DNA of 64,000 nt, from NCBI GenBank assembly GCA_963674755.2, contig CAXXVS010000003.1, positions 2,208,001 to 2,272,000 of the forward strand, in the 5' to 3' direction. A program made the translations under genes and the position numbers. The notes under the pieces were generated by a model. The model saw only the letters and a list, made by a program, of their open reading frames with translations. It made no database searches and was not told where the DNA came from. The DNA is from Desulfobacterales bacterium. GTDB taxonomy: Bacteria > Desulfobacterota > Desulfobacteria > Desulfobacterales > UBA5852. Below, piece by piece: positions 39,409 to 48,720 of the stretch. Each line of letters begins with the position of its first letter. Positions within the stretch are counted from its first letter, which is position 1.

Positions 39409-40686
39409 ATGAAACATAGTATTCTTATCCTAATGTTCAGCCTGCTCTGCACCGGATCCAGCTGGGCGATCGGCATCCAGGACCTGTTGGATGCGGTCTC
39501 CCGGCAGCCGGGTTACGATGTCAGCGCCTTGTCGGTTCAAGAAAGCAGCTTGCAGCAAGAGCGGGCCACGGCCGCGCTGTTCCCAAAACTGGGGCTTTTC
39601 GGACGGGCCGAGAGTTACAACTCGCCGACCAACCTGCGACCCGTAACGCCAACCGAAGCAAGCAAGGCTGCCGATGGCGAAGCGGTTCCCTTTTCCCGGG
39701 AGATCCTGCGCTACGGGTTGAGCTTCGACGCCCCCGTGTATGTCCGCGAGCTATACGTGCTGCGACAAAAGGCGATGCTGCTGCGGGAAAAAGCCGAAAC
39801 CGACCGGCAGCTGGACTTGATCGGCCGCCAGGCGTCGGTGGTTTCGCTCAACAGCGCCCTGGCCTATCTCCAAGCCCTTGAAGCGGCGATCGTGGCGCGA
39901 CATGCATCGCTTGGCAAAACCCTTGAAGATATGTCGCTCAAGGTCAAAACCGGAAGGTCCCCGGAATCCGAGCTTCTAAAGATTCAGAAGACACTCAACG
40001 ACCTGGATCAGCAACGAAATGAACTGGACATCAAACGCCTGGACACCCTTCGGGAAATCCGGGCATTGACCGGCGTCGAGCTCACCGCGGCGGCGGACAT
40101 GACCCTCTTGCACCCGCCGGGCGGGACTTCCTACCTGTCGGTAACCGCCGCGCAATACAGCACCGACGCTGCTGCAAAGGAAGTCGAACGCCGGCGGGCG
40201 GCCCGCTGGCCGACCTTGGCGGTCACCGGCTTTGTCTCCGGCAATGACGGCGAGGCTTACAACACGGACAGCCATATCTACCGGAGCTACAGCACAATCG
40301 CCCTGGTGCTGAAATTCCCTCTTTTCGACCGCACCCTGAGCACCGACGAGTCCATCGCCTGCGTTCAGCTGGAAAAGGCCAAAAAACAGCTGGAACAAAC
40401 ACACCTCGATATGGCGGCCCTGGCGGACACGCTGGATCGCAAAATTCCAGTCGTCGAAAATTCCATCGGTCTGGCCGAAAAATCGATCGCCGACGCCCAG
40501 ACCCTGCTGTCAGTGGCCCAGGTTGCAGTGCGCTCGGGACGTATGACCATGGAGGACTATTTGCGCTATGAAAGCGATGTGCTGGCCGCCCAGGCTGTGC
40601 TTTACCAGGCGCGTCAGCAGCGCTGGCAGGTCGTGGCCCAGCAGGCGGCGCTTTATGGAACGGATTTGAAAGGAGTCGTGAAATGA
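39409..40686 (+). CDS. TolC-family outer membrane efflux protein
   Basis: Signal peptide, LFPKL, RWPTL, KFPLFD, coiled-coil character; heads an MFP-RND pair. Confidence 0.85.
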   Translation: MKHSILILMFSLLCTGSSWAIGIQDLLDAVSRQPGYDVSALSVQESSLQQERATAALFPKLGLFGRAESYNSPTNLRPVTPTEASKAADGEAVPFSREILRYGLSFDAPVYVRELYVLRQKAMLLREKAETDRQLDLIGRQASVVSLNSALAYLQALEAAIVARHASLGKTLEDMSLKVKTGRSPESELLKIQKTLNDLDQQRNELDIKRLDTLREIRALTGVELTAAADMTLLHPPGGTSYLSVTAAQYSTDAAAKEVERRRAARWPTLAVTGFVSGNDGEAYNTDSHIYRSYSTIALVLKFPLFDRTLSTDESIACVQLEKAKKQLEQTHLDMAALADTLDRKIPVVENSIGLAEKSIADAQTLLSVAQVAVRSGRMTMEDYLRYESDVLAAQAVLYQARQQRWQVVAQQAALYGTDLKGVVK

Positions 40687-41822
40687 AAAAGCGCGTCGTG
40701 ACGATTTTGGTCCTCGTACTGGTCGCCGCCGCCGGCCTGATGCTGCTCAAGAAACGAAAAGCCGACCTTGCCCAGGCCTCTCCCGCCCAAGTCCTGCCGG
40801 CGGTGGTTGCGGCCATGGAACTCAAATCCCAACCGGTCACCCTGACCCTGCCGGCCATGGGCGTGGTGGCCTCGGACGTTTCGGCGGTGCTGTCCACCCG
40901 AATCAGCGGTCAAGTGAGCGAAGTCCTCAAGCAAGAGGGTGATTCCGTAAAAAAAGGGGACACGCTCGTCCGAATCGATGCCGCGGATCTGGAGGCCAAA
41001 AAGCAGGGGCTTGCACTCCAGCGCCAGGGCATTGTCTTTCAGGTCGAGGGCCGGAAGGCCGAGGTCGGGGCCCTGGAGACGGCGTTGAAAAGTGCGCGGG
41101 AGGCCCATGCCCGGACCAAGGAACTGCTCGATATAAAAGGCGCCTCGCCCGAACAATACAGCCAGGAAGAGGCCGAGATCGCCAAGTTGAAAGCCGCCCT
41201 GACAGCGTCCCGCAACGGCATCGAGACCCTGCAGAAAAGCATGGGGGCTTTGGGTGCTTCCATGCGGGAAATCGACTCGCTAATGACCTATGCCACCCTG
41301 GTCGCGCCCATCGACGGCACGGTGAGCCAGATCTTGGCCCGTCCCGGCGATCTGGCCACGCCGGGCAAGCCCCTTGTGCGGGTTTCCTCAAAAGCCGGAC
41401 TCTATCTGAACCTTTCCCTGCCCGATGCGCTGCGTGCCGACCAAGTGGCCATGGCGGGTCAAGTCTTGCCGCTGACATCCAAGGACCAGACCGGAGAAAC
41501 CGGGCTGGTGCAGTACGTGGCGCCGCTGCCGGAAAACATCGGGTTGGTCCAGGGGCAGTTCGTCAATGTGGATGTCGTGGTCTTTAAAGGACAGGAGGTG
41601 CTGGTACCTATCGATGCCTTGCTGACCATAAACGGATCTTCTTCGGTTTTTGTGCTGGCTCCCGACGACAAGGCGCAACGACTGCGCGTTGCGATCAAGG
41701 CCCGGGGCGTTGAAGGCGTGGTCATCGATCAGAACCTGGCCGGCCGCAGGATTATCGTGGCCAAGCCGGATATTCTCTTACGGGTGGCCGCCGGCGTTCC
41801 CGTGACCACAAGCAATTTATAG
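40683..41822 (+). CDS. RND membrane fusion protein
   Basis: N-terminal TM, ISGQVSEVLKQEGDSVKKGDTL, LVAPIDGTV. Confidence 0.9.
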   Translation: MKKRVVTILVLVLVAAAGLMLLKKRKADLAQASPAQVLPAVVAAMELKSQPVTLTLPAMGVVASDVSAVLSTRISGQVSEVLKQEGDSVKKGDTLVRIDAADLEAKKQGLALQRQGIVFQVEGRKAEVGALETALKSAREAHARTKELLDIKGASPEQYSQEEAEIAKLKAALTASRNGIETLQKSMGALGASMREIDSLMTYATLVAPIDGTVSQILARPGDLATPGKPLVRVSSKAGLYLNLSLPDALRADQVAMAGQVLPLTSKDQTGETGLVQYVAPLPENIGLVQGQFVNVDVVVFKGQEVLVPIDALLTINGSSSVFVLAPDDKAQRLRVAIKARGVEGVVIDQNLAGRRIIVAKPDILLRVAAGVPVTTSNL

Positions 41823-41836
41823 GAGGGGCGCCGACG

Positions 41837-44800
41837 ATGTTCGATTTCTTTCACAAGCGTCCCTACCTGCTCTACAGCCTGATTACCGGTTTTTTCGTGC
41901 TGGGGGTTTACGGTCTGATCGAGATGCCCAAGAATCTTTTTCCGGACAGCGACCGGCCGACGATCATCGTGATGAGCCAGGTGCCCGGCGCCACGCCCAA
42001 CGTGGTTGCTGCCACGGTCTCCAAGCCCATCGAGGAGGAGGTTTCCACCCTGTCGCAGATCCGCCAGGTCAGTTCCGTCAATATCGCCGGCATGTCCATT
42101 GTCACGGCCGAGTTCGAGTACGCCAAGGGGTTGGAGTCGGCGGCGGTCGATGTCAACAACGCCGTCAACAAAGTTCGCGGCAAACTGCCCCAGGACGTCA
42201 ATCCATCCATCTACACGGCCGGCTCCCACATTCTGCCGGTGGATGTGTTCGCGCTGTCCCCGGCCGGTGGCGGCCTGACGCTGGGCGATGTGCGCAAGAT
42301 CGCCGAAAGCGACATCAAGCCAGCCCTATTGCGCAACCCCCAGGTCGGCAACGTGGAGATCTTCGGCGGCTACCAGAGCGCCATCAATATCAATGTGGAC
42401 CCGTTCAAGGCCAAGGCGGTGGGGTTGAGCCTGGATAAGATCGCGACAACGGTGCGCGCCCTGGATCGGGACGCCCCCGTCGGTTTCAGCAAGAATGCCG
42501 ATTCATTCTATACAATCACCGTTTACGGCGAAAAAGCCAGTGTCGAGGCACTGAGCATGTTGCCGGTGGCTCCCAACGTGCGCCTGGGCGATATCGCCGA
42601 CATCCGGTGGGAGCATCAAAAACGCTTTTCCGGGTATGAAGGCAACGGCAAGGCTGCCATCGCCCTGGCCATCCAGCGCGCGCCGGGCGGATCGGTGCTG
42701 TCCACCAGCAAGGCCGGCCGCGCGGTGATGGAAAAACTGAAACCACGCTATCCCAATATCCGCTTCGAGCTGGCCGACACCCAGCGCAACCTGATCCAGA
42801 CCGCCAACACCAACATGCTCGACGCCCTGCGGGACGCCATCATCTTCACCCTGCTGGTCATCCTGCTCTTCCTGGGCAACCTGCGGGCCGTGGCCGCGGC
42901 CCTGGCTTCCATTCCCATGGTGTTCTTCGCCACCCTGGCCATCATCTGGATGACCGGCGGCGAGCTGAACATCGTCATCTATACGGCCATCATCCTGGCC
43001 TTGGGCATGCTGGTGGATGACGCGGTCGTCGTCCTGGAGAACATCGAGCGCCACCTGGTGGTGCTGAAACAGGATTTGAACACTGCGATCATCGCCGGGA
43101 CAAAGGAAGTGATCGCGCCGGTGTTCGCCGGCACCGTGGCCACGGTGGCCATCATGGTTCCCTTCCTGTTTGCCGGCGATTTCCCCCAGCAGATCTTCCG
43201 ACCCCTGATCTCGACGCTGATCATCGCCCTGGTGGTTTCCTATTTCCTGTCCATCACCTTCATCCCGGCCATCTCCTTTTTCCTTTACCGCAAGGGGGTT
43301 TCCAAGACCCGCTTCGAGCAATGGCTCGAATGGCTCTACGAAAAAAGCTTCGGACGCCTGGTCGGCCCCTACCTGGCCATCCTGCGGTTTTCCGCCGGGG
43401 GCCGTTCCGGCTTGCGGCGGATCTTGATGACCGTGGGCGTGGTTGCCCTGCTGGCCGTCAGTGTGAAAACGATCATGCCGGTGATCGGCCGCGACCTCAT
43501 GCCGCCCATGGATACGGGCATCATCAAGGCCCATGTCAGATTTAGTGCCAACGAAACGGTGGACACCGCGGAAAAACGCCTCAAACCTTTTATAGCGTGG
43601 CTTCACCAACAGCCGGAAGTGGTCATGAGCTCGGTAAGCTACGGTTCCGAGCCCGGCGTGCTCTCCCTGGGGTCGGGGTCCCTGCCCGCCGAGGCCATGA
43701 TGACCATCAACTGCGTGGACCGCTTCCACCGCAAGAAGAACATCTGGTCGATCGAGGATGAAATCCGTTCGCGGCTGTCCGGTCTGCGAAACGTCAAGGC
43801 GGCCGACGTGTATGACTTCGGCGCCACCCCCATGTCCAGCATCAAGGCCCCCATCGACGTGCGGCTGCTGGCTGAAGACTATCATGTGCTGCCGCAAGCC
43901 GCGCAAAAAGCCGCGGCGGCCCTTGGAGCGGTCAAGGGATTGACCTCGGTCAGTACCAGCTGGGACAACGATTTTAGCGAAGCCCGGCTGAATATCGATA
44001 CCAACCGTGCCCTGGCCTATGGCATGACCCCGGTGCAGATCGCCGCCCAGCTTCCCCTGGCCGGTCTTCCGGTAGCGGTCAGCGCCAACCTGGTTTCCAT
44101 GCAGAACCAGTTTGTGCGCCTGTATTTCAACCGCCCGTTTGACGGCAACCCGGACCAACTGCGCCTGATCCCCATCCAGACGCCCAAGGGACCGGTACCG
44201 CTGGCGGCCCTGGCACAGATCGACTACGGGCTGACCGCCAACAAGATCGAACGCAACCAGATGCTCTACTCCCTGGATGTATCCGGTTACCGCAGCCGGC
44301 GCGCCATTTCAACGTTGACCGAGGATAGCCAGGCCGCACTGAACAAGGCCGGCATCAAAGGCGTGGAAATAAGCCAGGAGGGCGACATCAAGCAGATGAA
44401 GGACTCATTCGGGCGGATGATCAAATCCATCGGCATCGGCGTCATTCTGCTGCTCATGGCCCTGGTGGCAATTTACCAATCGGTGCGTCTGGCTGTCGTT
44501 ATGGTCCTGGTGCTGCCGCTGGCCATGATCGGCGCCTCCTGGGGCATGCTGGCCTTCAACAAGCCCAGCTGCATGCCCAGCCTGGTGGGCATCTTGCTGC
44601 TATTCGGCATCATCATCAAAAATTCGATTCTATTGATCGATTTTTACCAGGAATTCAGAAAGAAAGATGAGACGCCTTTTGAGGCGGCCCTGGAAAGCGT
44701 GCGGGTGCGCTTCCGGCCCGTCTTCATGACCGCCTTCGGCACCATCGCCGGCATGATCCCCATCGCTTTTGAGTGGGCCGTGGGACTGGAGCGGCTCTCG

Positions 44801-44902
44801 CCCCTGGCCGATGTGGCGGTGGGGGGGTTATTGGTGGGAACCGTGCTGACCCTGATTTATATTCCCATGTTTGCCTACAGCGTGGACCGCAAAAACCTGT
44901 AA
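41837..44902 (+). CDS. RND efflux permease (AcrB/CzcA superfamily)
   Basis: 1021 aa; GMLVDDAVVVLENI, GIIIKNSILLID, RFRPVFMT. Confidence 0.95.
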   Translation: MFDFFHKRPYLLYSLITGFFVLGVYGLIEMPKNLFPDSDRPTIIVMSQVPGATPNVVAATVSKPIEEEVSTLSQIRQVSSVNIAGMSIVTAEFEYAKGLESAAVDVNNAVNKVRGKLPQDVNPSIYTAGSHILPVDVFALSPAGGGLTLGDVRKIAESDIKPALLRNPQVGNVEIFGGYQSAININVDPFKAKAVGLSLDKIATTVRALDRDAPVGFSKNADSFYTITVYGEKASVEALSMLPVAPNVRLGDIADIRWEHQKRFSGYEGNGKAAIALAIQRAPGGSVLSTSKAGRAVMEKLKPRYPNIRFELADTQRNLIQTANTNMLDALRDAIIFTLLVILLFLGNLRAVAAALASIPMVFFATLAIIWMTGGELNIVIYTAIILALGMLVDDAVVVLENIERHLVVLKQDLNTAIIAGTKEVIAPVFAGTVATVAIMVPFLFAGDFPQQIFRPLISTLIIALVVSYFLSITFIPAISFFLYRKGVSKTRFEQWLEWLYEKSFGRLVGPYLAILRFSAGGRSGLRRILMTVGVVALLAVSVKTIMPVIGRDLMPPMDTGIIKAHVRFSANETVDTAEKRLKPFIAWLHQQPEVVMSSVSYGSEPGVLSLGSGSLPAEAMMTINCVDRFHRKKNIWSIEDEIRSRLSGLRNVKAADVYDFGATPMSSIKAPIDVRLLAEDYHVLPQAAQKAAAALGAVKGLTSVSTSWDNDFSEARLNIDTNRALAYGMTPVQIAAQLPLAGLPVAVSANLVSMQNQFVRLYFNRPFDGNPDQLRLIPIQTPKGPVPLAALAQIDYGLTANKIERNQMLYSLDVSGYRSRRAISTLTEDSQAALNKAGIKGVEISQEGDIKQMKDSFGRMIKSIGIGVILLLMALVAIYQSVRLAVVMVLVLPLAMIGASWGMLAFNKPSCMPSLVGILLLFGIIIKNSILLIDFYQEFRKKDETPFEAALESVRVRFRPVFMTAFGTIAGMIPIAFEWAVGLERLSPLADVAVGGLLVGTVLTLIYIPMFAYSVDRKNL

Positions 44903-44978
44903 ACGGCACAATGATATTGACGGCTTTATTCGCGCAACATGTGTCACGGGCCGTTGAAGGGAAAGGATCGTTTCCGAA

Positions 44979-45767
44979 ATGACTGGAAAGACAAAGGCGC
45001 CCGAATCATTGCTTCCGGAACAGGCCTGCGTGCAGGTCGCCGCGGAATTGGAGCGCCAGCTTTTGCCCAAAACCGCCCCCCTTATCGGTGGGGCGGAAGT
45101 CGCCGGTTGGTCGATATATTCTTCCAAGCTCGGTGGTGATTTTTTCGATTATCACGTTTTTGAAGGGGTTTGCTGCCCATCGTCGAGGTCGATGCGCATT
45201 GTCGTCGGTGATGCCTCCGATCACGGCCTTTGCTCCGCGCTGCTGATGACCACCACCCGCGCCTATTTGCGCGCCCGGGCCATGCAGCCGGGGACGTTGG
45301 CCCAGGTGATCGATGATGTCAACCGGCTTCTGTGCATGGATACGGCGTCGGCCGGACATTTTGTAACGGCGTTTTTCGCTCTGGTGGACGGGCCCGCAAG
45401 AAAGATCGCGTGGGTTCGCGCCGGACATGACCCGGCCTTGATTTATGATCCCGACAAGGACGTATTCGAGCCGTTGAATGGTTCGGGCATCGCGTTGGGC
45501 GTCGATCCGCAAGCCCGCTACACAATGAACACCCGAACGGACTTACCGAGGGGTGCCGTTATTGCGATTGGCACGGATGGTCTTTGGGAAGCCAGATTGG
45601 GAAGCGTTGGCGCTTCCGGCAGGGAAATCGTTCAAGATCTGGTGCGCCGGCATCGCCATAAGCGTGCCGCCGACATCGCCGAAGCCGTCAAGGAAGCCGT
45701 CCATGATTCGTATCGCGACTCCCAAGCAGAAGACGACATGACCTTTGTGACGGTAAAGCTTGTGTGA
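44979..45767 (+). CDS. Stand-alone PP2C/SpoIIE phosphatase domain
   Basis: GGDFFD, VVGDASDHG, RAGHDP, GTDGLWEA, EDDMT. Confidence 0.85.
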   Translation: MTGKTKAPESLLPEQACVQVAAELERQLLPKTAPLIGGAEVAGWSIYSSKLGGDFFDYHVFEGVCCPSSRSMRIVVGDASDHGLCSALLMTTTRAYLRARAMQPGTLAQVIDDVNRLLCMDTASAGHFVTAFFALVDGPARKIAWVRAGHDPALIYDPDKDVFEPLNGSGIALGVDPQARYTMNTRTDLPRGAVIAIGTDGLWEARLGSVGASGREIVQDLVRRHRHKRAADIAEAVKEAVHDSYRDSQAEDDMTFVTVKLV

Positions 45768-45874
45768 TCGAAGGGACAAGTGGCGCTAAGCCATACACGT
45801 CTATCAGGTGATCCGCTCCAGGCTTCGTGCATCTCACGGGGCGCCTAAGAATTGGAATAGGATAACCACCTTAA

Positions 45875-46100
45875 GCAATGCGGCATGACCCACCCCTCTC
45901 CTTGGCAACCTTCGAGAGGCTTGATTGTTTTCGTCAAGGTGGGGGGAAGAGCAGGTCCTCGTGGCCCACTACGGCATCCGCTCTATTCCGGTACAGGTAT
46001 TCTTCGATGCAAACGGGCAGGAGGCATTCCGGCACGTCGGTTTTTATGCTGATAAGAGCGTTCTGAAATTATTGCACAAAGCAGGTTTAAAGCCATTGGG
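45875..46100 (+). pseudogene. Frameshifted thioredoxin remnant
   Basis: IVFVKVG in one frame shifts at a G-run (~45940) into EEQVLVAHYGIRSIPVQVFFD..FRHVGF, paralogous to 38339-38731; no intact CxxC or start. Confidence 0.65.
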
Positions 46101-46113
46101 AATCGAGGATGCC

Positions 46114-46821
46114 ATGTTCGACCAATTTCTAATCACGGTTAACCAATGGATGTCCGGCGGGCTGGCCTTGGCCGCTGTCGGGACCTTTGCCTGGGGCATG
46201 GTCAGCGTGCTGTTCTCCCCCTGCCACCTGGCTTCCATCCCGCTGATAGTGGCCTATGTGGGCGGCCAGCAGACCGCCGTGCACCCCCGGCGGGCCGCCT
46301 GGTATGCCATCGTTTTTTCATTGGGCTTATTCATAACCATTGCCGTGGTGGGCATTGTGTGCGCCGCCTTGGGTCGCATGCTCGGCGACGTGGGGTCCTG
46401 GTGGCAGGTCCTGGTCGGCATCGTTTTGATTTGGGTGGCCCTGGGGATGCTGGGGGTGCAGGCCTGCACCATGTCCGGATCGCTGCTGTATCGGCTCAAC
46501 CTGCGCGGCATCCATGGCGCCTTCGGACTGGGGCTGGCCTACGGCATTTTATCCGGCTCGTGCACCTTCGGTTTCATCGCTCCGATCCTGGCCATCGTCA
46601 CCGTGCAGCAGAAAGTCTTCGCCGGGTCGCTGATGATGATGATGTTCGCCGTGGGGCACTGCCTGCCCATCGCCGTGGCGGGAAGTTCCACGGCCCTGGT
46701 GCGCAGGATTACGGAAAACAGCGCCTGGCAGGGGGCCGGGTTGTGGTTCCGGCGGGGCGCCGGTGTCGTGATCGCCCTTTTGGGGGGCTATTTTATGGCC
46801 AGCCCGTTTGTCGCGATATGA
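46114..46821 (+). CDS. ccdA: CcdA/DsbD-TM thiol-disulfide transporter
   Basis: FSPCHLASIP, SGSCTFGFIAPIL, several TM helices; ATG 46114 after GAGG. Confidence 0.88.
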   Translation: MFDQFLITVNQWMSGGLALAAVGTFAWGMVSVLFSPCHLASIPLIVAYVGGQQTAVHPRRAAWYAIVFSLGLFITIAVVGIVCAALGRMLGDVGSWWQVLVGIVLIWVALGMLGVQACTMSGSLLYRLNLRGIHGAFGLGLAYGILSGSCTFGFIAPILAIVTVQQKVFAGSLMMMMFAVGHCLPIAVAGSSTALVRRITENSAWQGAGLWFRRGAGVVIALLGGYFMASPFVAI

Positions 46822-46911
46822 AGAAGTCATAACAGACAGAAAGTACCCGCAGAAAATGGACCTTGGGAAAATTCGTGCAAGCGATGATGCCATGCGCGCA
46901 GGGGTGACCAA

Positions 46912-48363
46912 TTGAAGCGCGATCGATGGACCGAAAACCGTCCGCCCGAGGATTTGGCGCGATCTGTTGTGGATGCCTGCACGGATTGCGATGTCTGCCG
47001 GTATCTCATGCCCGGGGATTGCCTGCTGTTCGACGATCTCTACCGGCTCCACGACCGGGCGGAAAACGGCGGCGGCCCCATCTCAGTCGTCGATTTGCGG
47101 CAGATGGTGGATCTCTGCACCTATTGCGGCCTTTGCACTTGTTCAGACATCCGGGCGGACATTATCGCCGCCAAGACCGGTTTTATCGCAAAGGAGGGAC
47201 TGCCGTTAGGCGTTCGGCTAATGACCCGCCTGGAAGCGGTGGCCAGGATCGGTGAGCGCATTCCGCGACTGACCAATGCCCTGATAAAGAACCGGGCGCT
47301 GGCCGGACTGATGAAACGCTTGGCGGGCATTCATTCGGAACGTAACCTGCCGACGTTCCCCGCGGAGTCCTTTCCCGAATGGGTCGCCCGCGAGGGAATT
47401 GACCGCAAACCGTCGGGCCAGGCTTCGCCCAAGGTCGCCTATTTCGCCGGCTGCACCGGACGCCATCTTTTCCCGGCCGTGCCCCGGGCCGTGGTCCAAA
47501 CCCTCCGGCGCTTCGGTGTTTCGGTTTACTATCCCACCCAGCACTGCTGCGGCATGCCGACGTTCGCGGAAGGCGATTGGGAACAGACCCTGGGTTGGGT
47601 TCGCCGTACCATCGATCAGCTGGCGGCGTTGGTCGACGAGGGCTTTGCCATCGTATGCTCCTGCCCCACTTGCGGCTATATGCTCAAGACGGTGATCCGT
47701 GAGCGAGCGGACTATGCCGAGGCCCGTCAAGCGGACTTGGGTGACGACGACCGCTTCCTTTTCGTGCCGGACGAGACCGTTGCGGCCCGGGGCGGCAAGC
47801 GGCCCGTGAAAAAGCTGTTAAAGAGCATGTACGGGAAGCTGCTGCGGGATGACGGTTATTTTGCCGGCATCGATCCGGTGCGGCGGGTGACGGTGGCCGA
47901 GAACACGTTTGACGCCGGCGAATATCTTCTGGGCCTTATTCAAGAACGCCCATTGTCACCTAAGTCGGCATGGCGTCTCGGCCGGCTGGCGTATTTCGTT
48001 CCCTGCCATCAGCGGGAGCAGCAGATCGGCCGTCCCTATCTCGATCTGCTGCAAAGGATATCCGGGTTGGCCATGGATGTCGTGGACGGTCCCTATGACT
48101 GCTGCGGCATGGGGGGCAACATGGGTTTCAAGAAAGACTTCCACGAGGCGTCGCTCCGGCTGGCGGCGCCGATTATGAAGAAAATTCGCCATTTGAATCC
48201 CGACGGCATCGTGACCGACTGCCTGAGCTGTCGGCTGCAGTTCAGGCATGCCTTGCCCTATCCCGTGTATCACCCGATGGAAATTTTAAATGCCCTTGAG
48301 GTGAATGAGAATCCTCGCGTACCAACAGCCAGCGCTTGTGGAAGGGTGCTTGACCGGAAGTAA
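46912..48363 (+). CDS. GlpC/HdrD-like Fe-S oxidoreductase with CCG domains
   Basis: CTDCDVC, CTYCGLC, YFAGC, HCCG, CPTC, PCH, DCCGMGG, DCLSC. Confidence 0.85.
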   Translation: MKRDRWTENRPPEDLARSVVDACTDCDVCRYLMPGDCLLFDDLYRLHDRAENGGGPISVVDLRQMVDLCTYCGLCTCSDIRADIIAAKTGFIAKEGLPLGVRLMTRLEAVARIGERIPRLTNALIKNRALAGLMKRLAGIHSERNLPTFPAESFPEWVAREGIDRKPSGQASPKVAYFAGCTGRHLFPAVPRAVVQTLRRFGVSVYYPTQHCCGMPTFAEGDWEQTLGWVRRTIDQLAALVDEGFAIVCSCPTCGYMLKTVIRERADYAEARQADLGDDDRFLFVPDETVAARGGKRPVKKLLKSMYGKLLRDDGYFAGIDPVRRVTVAENTFDAGEYLLGLIQERPLSPKSAWRLGRLAYFVPCHQREQQIGRPYLDLLQRISGLAMDVVDGPYDCCGMGGNMGFKKDFHEASLRLAAPIMKKIRHLNPDGIVTDCLSCRLQFRHALPYPVYHPMEILNALEVNENPRVPTASACGRVLDRK

Positions 48364-48720
48364 GTATCAGGCCGTCTCCCATTGCGGTTTCACCCATGAT
48401 AGCGGCTCGATGTTCCGTCCTGTCCTAATCAGAGCATGCCGCAGGTTGGGACAGTGGCACGTAATATGTAAAATGTAAGCCCCAAACTTATTGCGATATC
48501 CCAAATCAGATCAATTAATTACAAAGGGGCTCTATATTTATCGTAACCTTTCCGATATCTTGACAATTTTTCCATTATTTTGCTAAGCTTTTTACGTTTA
48601 CCCATCCTGTGACCCGCGACCGACCCGATCATCAATCATCAACTGACCTACCCCTTCACGCTGAGCTCTTTTCTGTCAGCATTTTCAATTGCCCAGCATT
48701 TCATGATTTGGGAGCCGCCT

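Noticed and set aside
45925..46821. 298-aa thioredoxin-CcdA fusion as listed in the ORF track
   Set aside because: Thioredoxin part lacks CxxC and is frameshifted; ccdA has its own RBS and ATG at 46114.
48455..48470. Sigma54 promoter for the cyclase gene (TGGCACGTAATATGTA)
   Set aside because: Poor -12 element; a TTGACA at 48560 is closer and at least as plausible.
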